From a virus (taxonomy: Duplodnaviria > Caudoviricetes), in the IMG/VR virus record IMGVR_UViG_3300020045_001588, positions 1 through 60,036 of that record: DNA of 60,036 nucleotides. One strand, given 5' to 3'. Below are positions 31,333 to 41,956 of the stretch, one piece after another; the stretch's first letter is position 1, and every line of letters starts with the position of its first letter. Both the position numbers and the translations under genes were made by a program. Under the pieces are notes generated by a model. It was not told where the DNA came from and did not search any database. It saw only the letters and a program-made list of their open reading frames with translations.

Positions 31333-34300
31333 TTATGCAAAAGGGTCAAATACTAAGTTGGTGAATGCTTTTGTTGTTGTACTCAATAATACTTTACCTG
31401 TACTGTCTTTAATTCTAATCCAGTTTTGGTCTGAGTGTACTGGTACATTTATGCTGTTGTTTTCCCCTGTCCACTTTAGGGTTATGTCTATCTTACCATC
31501 CACTCTATCCTTAATGAGTGCCTCAGCCTCACTAGAAGTTATTACTTTCTTCCAATACCTATCTCTGTTACCTGACGAGATTCCTCCAGTGTTTACTCCA
31601 GGGTCTGGATTATCGTAAGGTTCTGGTGGAGTATTTTTATCGTTCTTAGCCCACTCCCCAAAATCTAAGCTAGGAGTTAGATTATTCATATTGGCTATCC
31701 CCAAACTTGTATTATTGGCAAATACCTCAAACCTTGCTCGAAAACATTCATGGTTGCCATATACTATTCTTGGATAAAATGGGTCTGCTGTGTTCGCTGT
31801 ATTGTTTTTAAAGTACATCACCTCTATCTGTATTCCTGAAATCTTAAAGCTTGGCTTTACTTTATCAGTGTACAGACAACCTTTAGCGTCTTTCACTATA
31901 ACACTATACTCAGCGTTCGGTGGTACACTTATAGATTTTGTGATAGCTCCAGTAGACCACAAATATGTATATGGGGCTACACCTCCGACTGGGTTTACCG
32001 TAATACTTACATCATTTGCTCCATTTCTCACTACTGTAAAAGTAGCAGATATATTACAATTTACAGAGCATGTACCATTCAAATTAGCTTGATACTGCCC
32101 GTTCGCTGCTATGTCTGCATCTGCTAAAGCATCAGCGGCTGCCTGTGAAACATTAGAACTGTACTTGCGTGCATCTACTATATAAGTATAAGATGAGCCA
32201 GTACTGCCTGTACCACAGTTATTTTTGGTAAGGGTAATCGACTTTCTAACATTGTAATAAACTGGTATCAATACGCACACACCTACAGACTCTGCATATT
32301 CTGGTCCATAGATAGCTGCTGCTGCTTCTGCCTGAGCGTCTGCATCTGCTTGACTAATGGTTGAGGTGTAAGTTCCTACAGTCAAAAACCAGAAAGTAGG
32401 TTCGGCAGTATATCCAGAAGCACACGACTTAGTGTAATATCTGCTTATACCTTTAGACTTGTATATCTTAGCACAAGTACCTTCTGTGTTAGCTATTTGT
32501 TGCTTTCTACCATTGAAGTCTATCTGCGATTGTAAGTCTGCATCAGCCTGAGAAACTACAGATGTAAACTTACCTTCTGGGTTTGTGACAGTTACTGACG
32601 AGCCTTGAGCATCTACACAGTTATTCTTTTGTACAGATTCCGTAATGAGCTTAGACCTGTAAATCAGCTTACATGACGCATTACTATTGACCCAGGTTTG
32701 AGCATTAGCGTCCAAATCATTCTGTGCAAGTATATCAGCTTCTACCTGACTAGTGGTTGAAGAGTATTTACCGTATGGCACTATATACGTTTGTTGTTCT
32801 GCTTGGTAGCCTGTACCACAGTTATTCCTATTAAGAGTTTTGGATAAGTACTTACTATAGTAAACTACAGTAGTTATACATGTACCTGTAGTATTGGCAT
32901 GTGCTTGAGTATTAGCATCCAAATCTTCTAATGCTTTTCTATTAGCATCCTCTTGACTTACAGTTGATGTGTATGTACCATAAGCAACTGTGTAGGTTAC
33001 AGATGTTCCTTTTGAGCCTGGTGCACAGTTATTCTTGACAGCAGTTCTACTCATAGCCGCATTATAGTATGTGACAATGACAGTACAAACTCCTTGAGCA
33101 TTGGCATAGGCTTGCTTATTCGCATTGAACCAAGTAGTTGCTTGTAGGTCTGCATCCGCTTGGCTTATTTTTGACGTATAAGCCCCTGCATGTAATGAGA
33201 ATACTACTGGTTCAGTACTAGAACCTCCTGCACAGTTATTACGACTCACTAATTCTGTAATAGGTTTAGACCTATACAATACATCGCATGTTCCTGTACT
33301 ATTTGCAAAAGACTGTTTGTTTGCATTGAAGTAGGCGGTTGCCTGATTATCTGCATCTACTTGAGAAACACTACTTCGGAATGCACCGTAAGGAACAATA
33401 AACTCAACATAGCTACCTATTCCTTCTGTACAATTATTCTTCTGAGCTGTGCCTATAATCTGTGCCGAGTAGTAAGTAATTGAGCATACTCCATTTATGT
33501 TAGCAAAGTATTGACTATTAGCATTTTCCCAGGCTATAGCTTGAGCATCAGCATCAGCCTGGCTTATTGTTGAGGTAAACTTGTTAGCGTCAGTAGTAAA
33601 TACTACAGATGAACCAGTAGAATAGGGTCCACAATCATTTTTTTGGACTGTTTTGCTACGAGCTACTGACTTATAAACTACTGGACATGTACCATACGTA
33701 TTAGCGTTGACTTGCTTGTTTGCGTTTAACCATGCTAAAGCTAAAGCATCTGCCGCTGCCTGTGATACAGTAGATTCAAATTGACCTGCTAGTGTGCTCA
33801 GAGTTACAATTGAACCTGCTACACCACCAGGACAATCATTCTTAGTAGCTGTTGCTGTTTGTGCTAAAGACTTGTATATCAATAAACATTCCCCAAAATC
33901 ATTTGCATAGTCCTGCTTGTTGGCTAACATATCTGCCGCTGCTGCATTATCTGCATCTGCCTGGCTAACAGTGGATGTGTACTTGCCATACTCTACAGTA
34001 TAAACTACAGAAGTAGGTTCATAGCCAGTACTACAATTATTTCTCTCTATTGTTTCGGTAAGTTCTGCACTATAATATACTGTAGTTATGATACAAGTAC
34101 CCTCTGTATCAGCATAGTCTTGATACCCAGCTTCTAACGCATCTAGGGCAAGAGCATTAGCCGCTGCCTGTGAGATTGTAGATGTATAAGTACCATAAGG
34201 TATAGTGAATACTTCTACTGAACCCGTACCTGTTACACAGTCCGATTTAACTCCTGACTTGCTTACCTCAGCACTGTAGTAAGTAGTAGTGGTAGTACAT

Positions 34301-35274
34301 GTTCCATAGGTATTTGCATACGTCTGCTTATTAGCATCTAAGTCTGCTTGGGCTAATACATTAGCTGCTGCTACACTTATCAATGAACTGTATTTACCTG
34401 CGGGAACTGTATAGATTACAACACTACCAGTAGCACCACCAGTACAGTTATCTCTTATAGCTACAGCCTGCATTTCTGAGTTGTAGTATATTGGTATTAG
34501 AGAACATGAACCAGAAGCATTAGCATAGTTTTGTTTATTGCTATCTAGGTCTGCTCTAGCCTGAGCATTGGCATCTTCTTTAGAGATATTAGAATAATAC
34601 TTTCTAGCAGGCACTTCATAAATTACAGTACTACCTTTATAGCCCTCAGCACAGTTATCCTTCTCCGCTGTTGCTACCATGTAATCTGAGTAGTACACTA
34701 AAGAACATGTACCCAAAACATTAGCCATATTCTGCCCTCCTGCATCTAGCTCTGCCTGTGCTAAAGAGTCTGCGTGTGCTTGAGATATAGTAGAGCTATA
34801 CTTATTAGCTTCTACAGTTATAGTCACAGTACTTCCTTTAGAACCTGGTAAACAGTTGTTCCTAGTAAATTCCCTAGACTTATAGATAGACCTGTAAGTT
34901 ATTACACATATCCCATGCTCATTAGCATAATCCTGCTTTTGTAAATTCAAATAGAAGGCTGCTTTGTGATTAGCATCATCCTTAGAGATTATAGAAGTGT
35001 ATGCCCCTGCTGGAAGGCTATAGGTAACAGGCTCAGTAGTAGAGTTCGGTCCACAATTATTTCTGATTGCGGTTATACTCATAGGGTCTGATAAATATTC
35101 AGTTATATTACCACATTCCTCAGACTCTACTTGTGGAGGTATATAAGCCAAATCCGTTTCTCCTATAGTTCCTTCCTGAAACTTTTCACCGTACCCATTA
35201 GTATATGTATAGATGTACCTCTTTAACCTTTGTGAGTACACTCTACCTGATAAATATATCTTAGATTTTTTCAT
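31333..35274 (-). CDS. Repeat-rich virion adhesin-like protein: 15 DUF5977-like repeats plus a SprB-like repeat (1,313 aa)
   Basis: 15 copies of Y.S......(K/R)NNC..G..G..V.Y....G.Y.S..SQ..AD..A......Q..AN..G.C, then GGVAPYTYLWSTGA...YSVIVKDAKGC. Confidence 0.8.
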   Translation of the reverse strand: MKKSKIYLSGRVYSQRLKRYIYTYTNGYGEKFQEGTIGETDLAYIPPQVESEECGNITEYLSDPMSITAIRNNCGPNSTTEPVTYSLPAGAYTSIISKDDANHKAAFYLNLQKQDYANEHGICVITYRSIYKSREFTRNNCLPGSKGSTVTITVEANKYSSTISQAHADSLAQAELDAGGQNMANVLGTCSLVYYSDYMVATAEKDNCAEGYKGSTVIYEVPARKYYSNISKEDANAQARADLDSNKQNYANASGSCSLIPIYYNSEMQAVAIRDNCTGGATGSVVIYTVPAGKYSSLISVAAANVLAQADLDANKQTYANTYGTCTTTTTYYSAEVSKSGVKSDCVTGTGSVEVFTIPYGTYTSTISQAAANALALDALEAGYQDYADTEGTCIITTVYYSAELTETIERNNCSTGYEPTSVVYTVEYGKYTSTVSQADADNAAAADMLANKQDYANDFGECLLIYKSLAQTATATKNDCPGGVAGSIVTLSTLAGQFESTVSQAAADALALAWLNANKQVNANTYGTCPVVYKSVARSKTVQKNDCGPYSTGSSVVFTTDANKFTSTISQADADAQAIAWENANSQYFANINGVCSITYYSAQIIGTAQKNNCTEGIGSYVEFIVPYGAFRSSVSQVDADNQATAYFNANKQSFANSTGTCDVLYRSKPITELVSRNNCAGGSSTEPVVFSLHAGAYTSKISQADADLQATTWFNANKQAYANAQGVCTVIVTYYNAAMSRTAVKNNCAPGSKGTSVTYTVAYGTYTSTVSQEDANRKALEDLDANTQAHANTTGTCITTVVYYSKYLSKTLNRNNCGTGYQAEQQTYIVPYGKYSSTTSQVEADILAQNDLDANAQTWVNSNASCKLIYRSKLITESVQKNNCVDAQGSSVTVTNPEGKFTSVVSQADADLQSQIDFNGRKQQIANTEGTCAKIYKSKGISRYYTKSCASGYTAEPTFWFLTVGTYTSTISQADADAQAEAAAAIYGPEYAESVGVCVLIPVYYNVRKSITLTKNNCGTGSTGSSYTYIVDARKYSSNVSQAAADALADADIAANGQYQANLNGTCSVNCNISATFTVVRNGANDVSITVNPVGGVAPYTYLWSTGAITKSISVPPNAEYSVIVKDAKGCLYTDKVKPSFKISGIQIEVMYFKNNTANTADPFYPRIVYGNHECFRARFEVFANNTSLGIANMNNLTPSLDFGEWAKNDKNTPPEPYDNPDPGVNTGGISSGNRDRYWKKVITSSEAEALIKDRVDGKIDITLKWTGENNSINVPVHSDQNWIRIKDSTGKVLLSTTTKAFTNLVFDPFA
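32065..35100 (-). repeat. Tandem array of 15 diverged ~67-aa (~200-bp) two-cysteine repeats
   Basis: Counted from the translation; repeats are diverged at DNA level; boundaries approximate. Confidence 0.85.
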
Positions 35275-38200
35275 TGGAATTGTAGGAAATTCTCCCTGTC
35301 ATTTTTAACATACACTATATTAATCATACCACCTGAGTACTTTAACCAACGTTCTAAATCTATATCTACTTTCAGTAGTCCCCCTACATTATCGAAGCTA
35401 TCAGCAGTCTCAAACATAGTACCACCAATATAGCCTTTTACCTTTATCTTGAGTATGTCTTCTTTATCTATCGCTGTAAATGTACAACCACTAGATATGA
35501 ACACACTGGTAGGTAAAGAATCTATATCCAAGTACGTCTCCCTTATCTTCTTAAAGTTTAGGAAGTTACTGTTCTTGTGTACAGTATTACCCGCTGCCTT
35601 CTTTGCAAAAACTGTTTGCATGATAGGTGCTACTGCCCCACTTGGATTTATAGGAGATGCTGCATTTATGTTTATATAAAATGAACCGTAGTTAGTAGCT
35701 GTTTGGTTAACATCTACTATATCAGTATTCTCAGCAACATACTCAAATACAAAGTAGTCTATAACCTCAAAGATTATTCTGTTATCACATGCTGCATTAT
35801 ATGGTTCGGATATTAATGTGGTAGGGTCATATAACACATGGATGGTTAAAGTAAATGTGTCACTCAGCGTGGGGTCTCCATTATCCTCCACTTTCATCTG
35901 TATTACATAAGGCCCTTCTTCTGGGTCTAATGTAAATTCAGGATTTAGAGTAACTCGATTAAGTTGTGTATTTACCTCAAACATTCCAGGAACAGTTTGG
36001 GATACCACCGACTGCTTCAAGCCCTCAGATGCTTCATCTGGGTCTGTAGGTTTATCATAATCCATTACCACACCAGTAAGTGTATCCAAAATAGTAACAG
36101 TCTTATCGTACCCTACAGGTGGTCTATTCACTTTCAACATAATCAAAGTTATATTGCTGAATACGTATAGCCCTGCTGAGTTTGTTACCCGTACCACTAC
36201 TGTAATTATTGGATTACTTATCACAAACGCAGAAGAAAGGTTGACAGATAGCATACCTGAACTACTTACCTTCACTGCTCCTGCTACTGATTGAGATTCT
36301 AGTGTATGTGTTAGAATCAGCCCTCTAGGATCGCTTGACTCTATCTGCTGTATCTCAGTATCAATAGGCAAAAATTCTTCTACTTCAATAGTATAGTCTG
36401 TAGTTACTGGTGGTAAATCTACAGCTTCCAAGTTCACTATGAATGTACCAGTATCTATATTACCCTTACTATCTATAACCTTGATAACCAGAGTGAAGGA
36501 CTCCTGCAAATCCATATCCAATTGCTTAGAGTTTGAGACTATTAGGTTACCAGTGATAGAGTCTAGTGTAAAAGCGTTGTTAGTATTGCCCGATACTATT
36601 ACATAAGAATATCCAGGTGTACCTCCAGTAGCCTGCACAGTACCTACTAAAAATCCTTCTACAGAAAACTCTGGTATTGTTTCCTCGTAATCAGGTAGGC
36701 TAGGGTTTGTGAATACTTCGCAATCGAATGGCGAGCTATTCAGTCCTTTGAATAGTTGGTATCTACCATCTCTAAGTACTACTGATACACCAGGAGTCAA
36801 CTTACTGAAAAATTCTTCTGTCTCCTCGTAACCAGGTACAAAGTTTGGAATATTCCTGTTCTTTACTGTGAGTAGTATCCTTTGAAATTCTCTATCATAC
36901 CCAATACATATACCATTACCAATGAAGGGATTATCCTCTTTGACATTCAAATACGTCATGAAGAAGTTGTTCATGTCATTATTGAGAGAGTTCAACCCAT
37001 CTTCATTAAGCACATATACAACTCCAGCTTCTCCATCTGGGAATACATAACCATAGTCTGTCATAGTACAGGCAAACTTATGCTGTGTACCTGCAAAACC
37101 AGACTCCGATGGTCTGCCCTGCTGAGGAGGTATTCTAAAAATGTCACCAGAACCTAATGTGATAGATAACACATCTGATTTCAATGTGGCAATATCCCTG
37201 GTAATGTATAAAGCATTTTTGTGGTGAATTATGAGCTTGTCACCCATTCCCTGGATGTTGACTATCTTACCCATATTCTTATCTGCCTCATAGTAGTCTA
37301 ATGGATTAAAGTTTTTCCAAGAGTTAAACTTGGCTTCCTTTACCTGTCTATTGCTGCTGACCACTTTATAAGGACTATCTGTAATCCTCAAGTTCTCTAT
37401 TGAGAAAGGCTCTATACCATTGAGCACATTACCTACAGAATTAGCTTCTTGACTCAAAGCGATAAAGTTGTTATCCTTATTCCTGTCCATCAGATTCACA
37501 AAATCCTTTCCTGATGCAGTATAGAACTTAGACTCTGGTATGGCATCATCCTCGTATCGCTGCCACAAATTGTAGATAGATTCAGTTACGTACCTACGCA
37601 CATTCTTACCTCCAGAAGTTCCTCTGTAGTACTCATCTGTGTAAGTATCCATTTCTTCTCCACCGATTCCTAAGAAGCCTTTGCCCTTCAATCCATCTGT
37701 GCCTTCTCCTGGATTTACTGGGAATCTATCTAATGAGTTTGAGAGACCATAACTAACATAGCTATGTACGACTAGAAAGCAATCTCCAGAATAAGCCCAA
37801 ACTGTAGGAATACCTGCTATCGGGTGTATGACCCCAGTGCGTACAAGTTCCTGATTACTAAAGCCCAGGTACATGTTCTTTTTTATGGATAGGTAATCAA
37901 CGTTATAGGACTGCTCAAACTCTGGAAATTCTGGGTCACCAGTATCTCTGGCTCTCACAATCCTGCTTTTCTTATCAGTCAGAAATCCTCCTAGAAGATA
38001 TGTACCTCCAAACCCATCTTCTGACTTTATGTTTTTGATGTCTCCTTTACTTGCGTTATTTGCTAAGTATCCAGATTCCTTGATTCCCTTCATTCCATAC
38101 GTAGCATTCAGTCTCTTACCTTTTAACAGATAATCAACCTCCATGTTAGTCTCATCTACCTCATCTCTGATTAAAGATTTCAGCCCTAACTCGACTTGCA

Positions 38201-39929
38201 GTTTAAAGTTCACCACTTGTAGTGATGGGATAATTGCAGGCTTGTTATACATTAGGTCTGGATGATGTGTCTTAAATATAGAGTTACTCGAAGGTATGGA
38301 TAAGGTTCTAGTAATATTTGCCTCACTTCTACTGCCGTCAGAATCTGCTACATTAGAATGCCAGTTACCACCAGTAAAATAATAGTCTTTACCTGTTCTT
38401 GAGGACATAGCAGCATTGAGTACTAAACCTCCACTTATAACCGTTGAGTTACTAAAGCTACGTTTTGCATAAAAGATTTCGTAGCCTATTATCTTATCCT
38501 GCATCTCTACAGGTATAATCACATTCTCTGGTTTGATACCCAAAGCGTCTAGCCCAGTTACACCATAGCCAGGTTCTTTACTATAGAATAATGTAGCCAC
38601 CTGTTGTAGTGTTGGTAGTTTGTGGTGACGCACAGGGACACCTCTCAAATCTAGACCTTCACTATCAAAGCTATCAGTAGACGGATATGTCTCATCGGCA
38701 TTTACCCATACACCTGTATAACCAGATTTTGTGGCTGTGTCTATACCAATCATGCCCAGGGTATTAGTCTGGAATTTCTTAGCTTCCACCCCTTGACCTA
38801 AAGCAGTTAAGTCTGCCTCCAGATGCTCAGGTAAAGGTTCTGGACCAGGTATATGAAACGCATCACTCATTTGACCATTTTTATAGTAGTAAACTACATA
38901 CGGGTCAATGACTTCTCCATGTTTAAAGGTTCGAATCTTACCTGACTTAATATCCTCGTTTGCCTCTAAATCATCTATGTAAGTAGACTGCCACTTTATC
39001 TTTATCAGGTTGGCATACTTCTGCATATCTACAGGAGCAGCTTCTTTTATATCAGCGAGCCACAAAACATCTTGAAGCTGTGTTACTGTGTTAGCATTCT
39101 GATAAAAAGCGGCAGGTATCAATACCTCCTCAAGAGTTATATCTTCCCCCTCATTACCACTATAAAATACTTCTACTGTATCTCCAGTAGGTACTTTATC
39201 TAGTTCTACGGCTGTAGTGATTCCCTTAATTTTCTTGATTATAGCTACCTGTAGGAAATCATAGTCAGTGTCTACATTGCTCAGGGATACCTTGATACTT
39301 TTCCCCGAACTGAATCCAGGAATACTGCCGAAGTTCTTGCTTGTAGCAAATATTGGGTATGATGCTGTCACATACCTAGTTTCTGTACCATCTGCATTTA
39401 GATACTTCACTGCTGCATAGTAAGCACCAAGTAGTACATTACCACCATCAAAAGTGTCTAGCTTGATTTCTGGTATCCCAAACTCAGGAAACAAGAGGTA
39501 CTCTCTTAAAGAATCTGGAAGCTTTGCAGTATCGAATAGTCGTATAGGATTCAGCCCATCTAGTAATACTATCTCTATATGGTTGAGATAGTTTCTCCGA
39601 GATTCTCCTTCTACTGGATGGCTGCGTTTGTACCCTAACTTGTATCCCAAATCCTTATCATCTAAAATAGGTATGTATGTATCTGTAGTCTGGTTATAGA
39701 AACCTATGGCTGAATACACGTCATTACTCGATACAATTATAGGATGTTCATCTGTCTTTATTACCCCTATTACTGTATAAGGGATAGCGACAGGGCTTAA
39801 ACGAAATCCTAACTCATTCTGTAAAGCCTGCTTATTACCAGTAAGTATCCCATTCTTTGCAAACGGATAATTACCTTCTGGCATCTCTAATATTTTGTGG
39901 TCTCTATTTAAACCTTGAGTTGGCTTCAT
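35271..39929 (-). CDS. Tail stabilisation (muzzle) protein, N-terminal part, with three cadherin-like domains (1,552 aa)
   Basis: N-terminal GLNRD...YPFAKN; LQNELG; DGLNPIR; TFKHGEV...YVVYYYKNGQMSDAFHIPG; GYDREFQRILLT; follows the tail tubular gene. Cadherin-like units at ~35810-36710 (YSYVIVSGNTNNAFTLD, EDNGDPTLSDTFTLTIHV). Confidence 0.75.
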   Translation of the reverse strand: MKPTQGLNRDHKILEMPEGNYPFAKNGILTGNKQALQNELGFRLSPVAIPYTVIGVIKTDEHPIIVSSNDVYSAIGFYNQTTDTYIPILDDKDLGYKLGYKRSHPVEGESRRNYLNHIEIVLLDGLNPIRLFDTAKLPDSLREYLLFPEFGIPEIKLDTFDGGNVLLGAYYAAVKYLNADGTETRYVTASYPIFATSKNFGSIPGFSSGKSIKVSLSNVDTDYDFLQVAIIKKIKGITTAVELDKVPTGDTVEVFYSGNEGEDITLEEVLIPAAFYQNANTVTQLQDVLWLADIKEAAPVDMQKYANLIKIKWQSTYIDDLEANEDIKSGKIRTFKHGEVIDPYVVYYYKNGQMSDAFHIPGPEPLPEHLEADLTALGQGVEAKKFQTNTLGMIGIDTATKSGYTGVWVNADETYPSTDSFDSEGLDLRGVPVRHHKLPTLQQVATLFYSKEPGYGVTGLDALGIKPENVIIPVEMQDKIIGYEIFYAKRSFSNSTVISGGLVLNAAMSSRTGKDYYFTGGNWHSNVADSDGSRSEANITRTLSIPSSNSIFKTHHPDLMYNKPAIIPSLQVVNFKLQVELGLKSLIRDEVDETNMEVDYLLKGKRLNATYGMKGIKESGYLANNASKGDIKNIKSEDGFGGTYLLGGFLTDKKSRIVRARDTGDPEFPEFEQSYNVDYLSIKKNMYLGFSNQELVRTGVIHPIAGIPTVWAYSGDCFLVVHSYVSYGLSNSLDRFPVNPGEGTDGLKGKGFLGIGGEEMDTYTDEYYRGTSGGKNVRRYVTESIYNLWQRYEDDAIPESKFYTASGKDFVNLMDRNKDNNFIALSQEANSVGNVLNGIEPFSIENLRITDSPYKVVSSNRQVKEAKFNSWKNFNPLDYYEADKNMGKIVNIQGMGDKLIIHHKNALYITRDIATLKSDVLSITLGSGDIFRIPPQQGRPSESGFAGTQHKFACTMTDYGYVFPDGEAGVVYVLNEDGLNSLNNDMNNFFMTYLNVKEDNPFIGNGICIGYDREFQRILLTVKNRNIPNFVPGYEETEEFFSKLTPGVSVVLRDGRYQLFKGLNSSPFDCEVFTNPSLPDYEETIPEFSVEGFLVGTVQATGGTPGYSYVIVSGNTNNAFTLDSITGNLIVSNSKQLDMDLQESFTLVIKVIDSKGNIDTGTFIVNLEAVDLPPVTTDYTIEVEEFLPIDTEIQQIESSDPRGLILTHTLESQSVAGAVKVSSSGMLSVNLSSAFVISNPIITVVVRVTNSAGLYVFSNITLIMLKVNRPPVGYDKTVTILDTLTGVVMDYDKPTDPDEASEGLKQSVVSQTVPGMFEVNTQLNRVTLNPEFTLDPEEGPYVIQMKVEDNGDPTLSDTFTLTIHVLYDPTTLISEPYNAACDNRIIFEVIDYFVFEYVAENTDIVDVNQTATNYGSFYININAASPINPSGAVAPIMQTVFAKKAAGNTVHKNSNFLNFKKIRETYLDIDSLPTSVFISSGCTFTAIDKEDILKIKVKGYIGGTMFETADSFDNVGGLLKVDIDLERWLKYSGGMINIVYVKNDRENFLQFQ

Positions 39930-39933
39930 ACTA

Positions 39934-40719
39934 TTAGATATTAAATGAAGTGTTTATGTTTGCACCAAACGAGTCCCAAGCATACAAGTTTGGGATAAGT
40001 CCTGTAGTCATTTCCATAGTTCTCTGAGCCTCATCTACAGACGGATAACTAATCTGGTTCATTGCTCTTACTGAATAAGTACGCCAACGATCCTCACAAT
40101 CTCCATATTTGAAGACCTTATCCTCATAGCCTGCTCCTATCATCATCATACGCACATACCAGTAAATTGCAGTCTTGTAATCTTCATTATCTGGTATCAT
40201 TGGAAACCCTTCCAAGTCCTTAGGCAAAGCCCAAAAATACAATAGCACTTCTCCATCCTCTATGGATGTTTCTATCTTATTGTAGTTGAGTCTGTAGTAA
40301 TGCTGATTATCGTATGGCAATGAATTAAATTTGTCTATCGTCGATGTGAAGTAAGAGTTCTCTTGTACCGTGTTTATCTCTGAATCAGTTTTTGGGGTAA
40401 CATTAGACTGGAACAAATTATCTACATTATCATCAATACGCATACCACCAATAGGGCCCGAAATATCAGATACCTTTAACCGTCTACCTTTATATACTAG
40501 TCCTCCAAAAGTCTCAGCTATACATGGCATAGTTGCTCTATGAAAAGTTACTTTCAGGCTTTCTGTTCTGAGTTCCATAGTGTAATGAGTATTCATCTTC
40601 ATTACAGCTTCACCTACCCACATGGGCAAACTTGAATAGTACTCAAAATCTATTTTTCTGATATTGTTGACTATCCTAGCTATTACTGGCTTACAAGTAG
40701 TCCATTTGAATTGTCCCAT
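39934..40719 (-). CDS. Tail tubular/ring protein
   Basis: YNKIETS..DGEVLLYF...P.D.EGFPMIPDN.DYK.AI.WY pattern; position just upstream of the stabilisation gene. Confidence 0.75.
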   Translation of the reverse strand: MGQFKWTTCKPVIARIVNNIRKIDFEYYSSLPMWVGEAVMKMNTHYTMELRTESLKVTFHRATMPCIAETFGGLVYKGRRLKVSDISGPIGGMRIDDNVDNLFQSNVTPKTDSEINTVQENSYFTSTIDKFNSLPYDNQHYYRLNYNKIETSIEDGEVLLYFWALPKDLEGFPMIPDNEDYKTAIYWYVRMMMIGAGYEDKVFKYGDCEDRWRTYSVRAMNQISYPSVDEAQRTMEMTTGLIPNLYAWDSFGANINTSFNI

Positions 40720-41252
40720 TACGTTCTTAGAAATAGTAAGTATTTGAATTTTAATCCTTTATCTTCGCAATTCTCTTTACTGAAATATAGCTTAAACCCA
40801 TAACAAGGCTTAAACTCATAAACACTTTTGTTCTTCATAGTACCTGTTTTATGCCAGGCTATTCTACAATAGTAGTCATCAGTATAGTAAATCTTAGTCT
40901 CTTTATCTTCTGGATGCTCTCTCCTATAAAGCATGGTAGCAATAATATTTATAGAAGGTTTTGAGAAATCTCGCTCTATTGTCCTGGCTCTGAGATACCC
41001 CAAATCTGTACCAAGGTCATACGTCTCTCCCCTAGTAAGCTCTATACATGCTTTCTTATTCACCCTCTCAATAATATTCCTGAATAGTGCATAGCTCATA
41101 TATACCTCGCCACGTTGATTCATTATAAATACTATACCCTTCTTACGTACAAACTTATCGCTCTTAGTATAGAATCCAGGGTTTTTAGCTAACACCTTCT
41201 GGGTGTAGTATCTATACATATCATGCAAAGTATATGTTTTGCTATCCGACAT
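40719..41252 (-). CDS. crAss-type IHF/HU-like protein of the tail block
   Basis: Y..F..II...NK...GE..DL...LGYL pattern and YCRIAW; basic protein; synteny with the tail tubular gene. Confidence 0.6.
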   Translation of the reverse strand: MSDSKTYTLHDMYRYYTQKVLAKNPGFYTKSDKFVRKKGIVFIMNQRGEVYMSYALFRNIIERVNKKACIELTRGETYDLGTDLGYLRARTIERDFSKPSINIIATMLYRREHPEDKETKIYYTDDYYCRIAWHKTGTMKNKSVYEFKPCYGFKLYFSKENCEDKGLKFKYLLFLRT

Positions 41253-41883
41253 TTTCTATCTCTGGAGTTTGTGGAGGAATAATAGTTTTAAGCTCTGTAG
41301 CCAAAATAGCCTGTATGATTCTCTGCTCAATATCACCAGAAATAGGATATGGAGCATTATCATCTACACAGGTAGGACTGCCACAATCTACACAACACGC
41401 ATTGTATGCCTCTATACTTTCTGGGATTAATGCTACACTTATACCAGGTAACAACAGTGTCCCAAAAATATAGATGTAACCATTAATCAGCGTCCCACGA
41501 AGCTGCTTACTATTAAACTCAGAGTGAATCATAGCTGCTACTTCATACGGCTCTTGTATAGGTATAGTGCTTATTCTATCCAACTTACCAACAAAGTCAT
41601 ACATTTTACTGTTTGCTCTTATAGGTTTGGGAATTTTGCATTTAGTCCTTAACACTTCATGGTCAGGAAAGCCAGCAAAATCTGACAGGTTCACTACTTC
41701 TACTGGCATTTCTATCCATTGCATGAAGAATTTTCTATCATCAGGCCTAGAATTTAAACTGTCTACAAGCAGTCTAGTTCGCCAATAATTAATCATTACC
41801 TTGAGTTCTTCTCTATAAGGTATATCTAATTGCCGACCTGTTCTTTCGGCTAATAGTTCTGAAAGTTCATTTAATGTAGCCAT
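41242..41883 (-). CDS. Tail ring/adaptor protein
   Basis: Likely start ATG 41883 (MATLNEL) after the terminator; LRTKCKIPKPI, NGYIYI and YPIS...I motifs. Confidence 0.65.
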   Translation of the reverse strand: MATLNELSELLAERTGRQLDIPYREELKVMINYWRTRLLVDSLNSRPDDRKFFMQWIEMPVEVVNLSDFAGFPDHEVLRTKCKIPKPIRANSKMYDFVGKLDRISTIPIQEPYEVAAMIHSEFNSKQLRGTLINGYIYIFGTLLLPGISVALIPESIEAYNACCVDCGSPTCVDDNAPYPISGDIEQRIIQAILATELKTIIPPQTPEIENVG

Positions 41884-41896
41884 GCTTGGAGTTATA

Positions 41897-41930
41897 TAAA
41901 AATAGCACAGACTCTTTTGAATCTGTGCTA
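41897..41930 (-). terminator. Intrinsic terminator
   Basis: Minus strand TAGCACAGATTC-AAAA-GAGTCTGTGCTA-TTTTT, 26 nt after the 313-aa gene. Confidence 0.75.
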
Positions 41931-41956
41931 CTAAGTTAATCAATTTTGTGGAATCC

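Noticed and set aside
32065-35100. ~200-bp periodicity as a CRISPR or non-coding array
   Set aside because: The repeats are in-frame protein domains diverged at synonymous sites.
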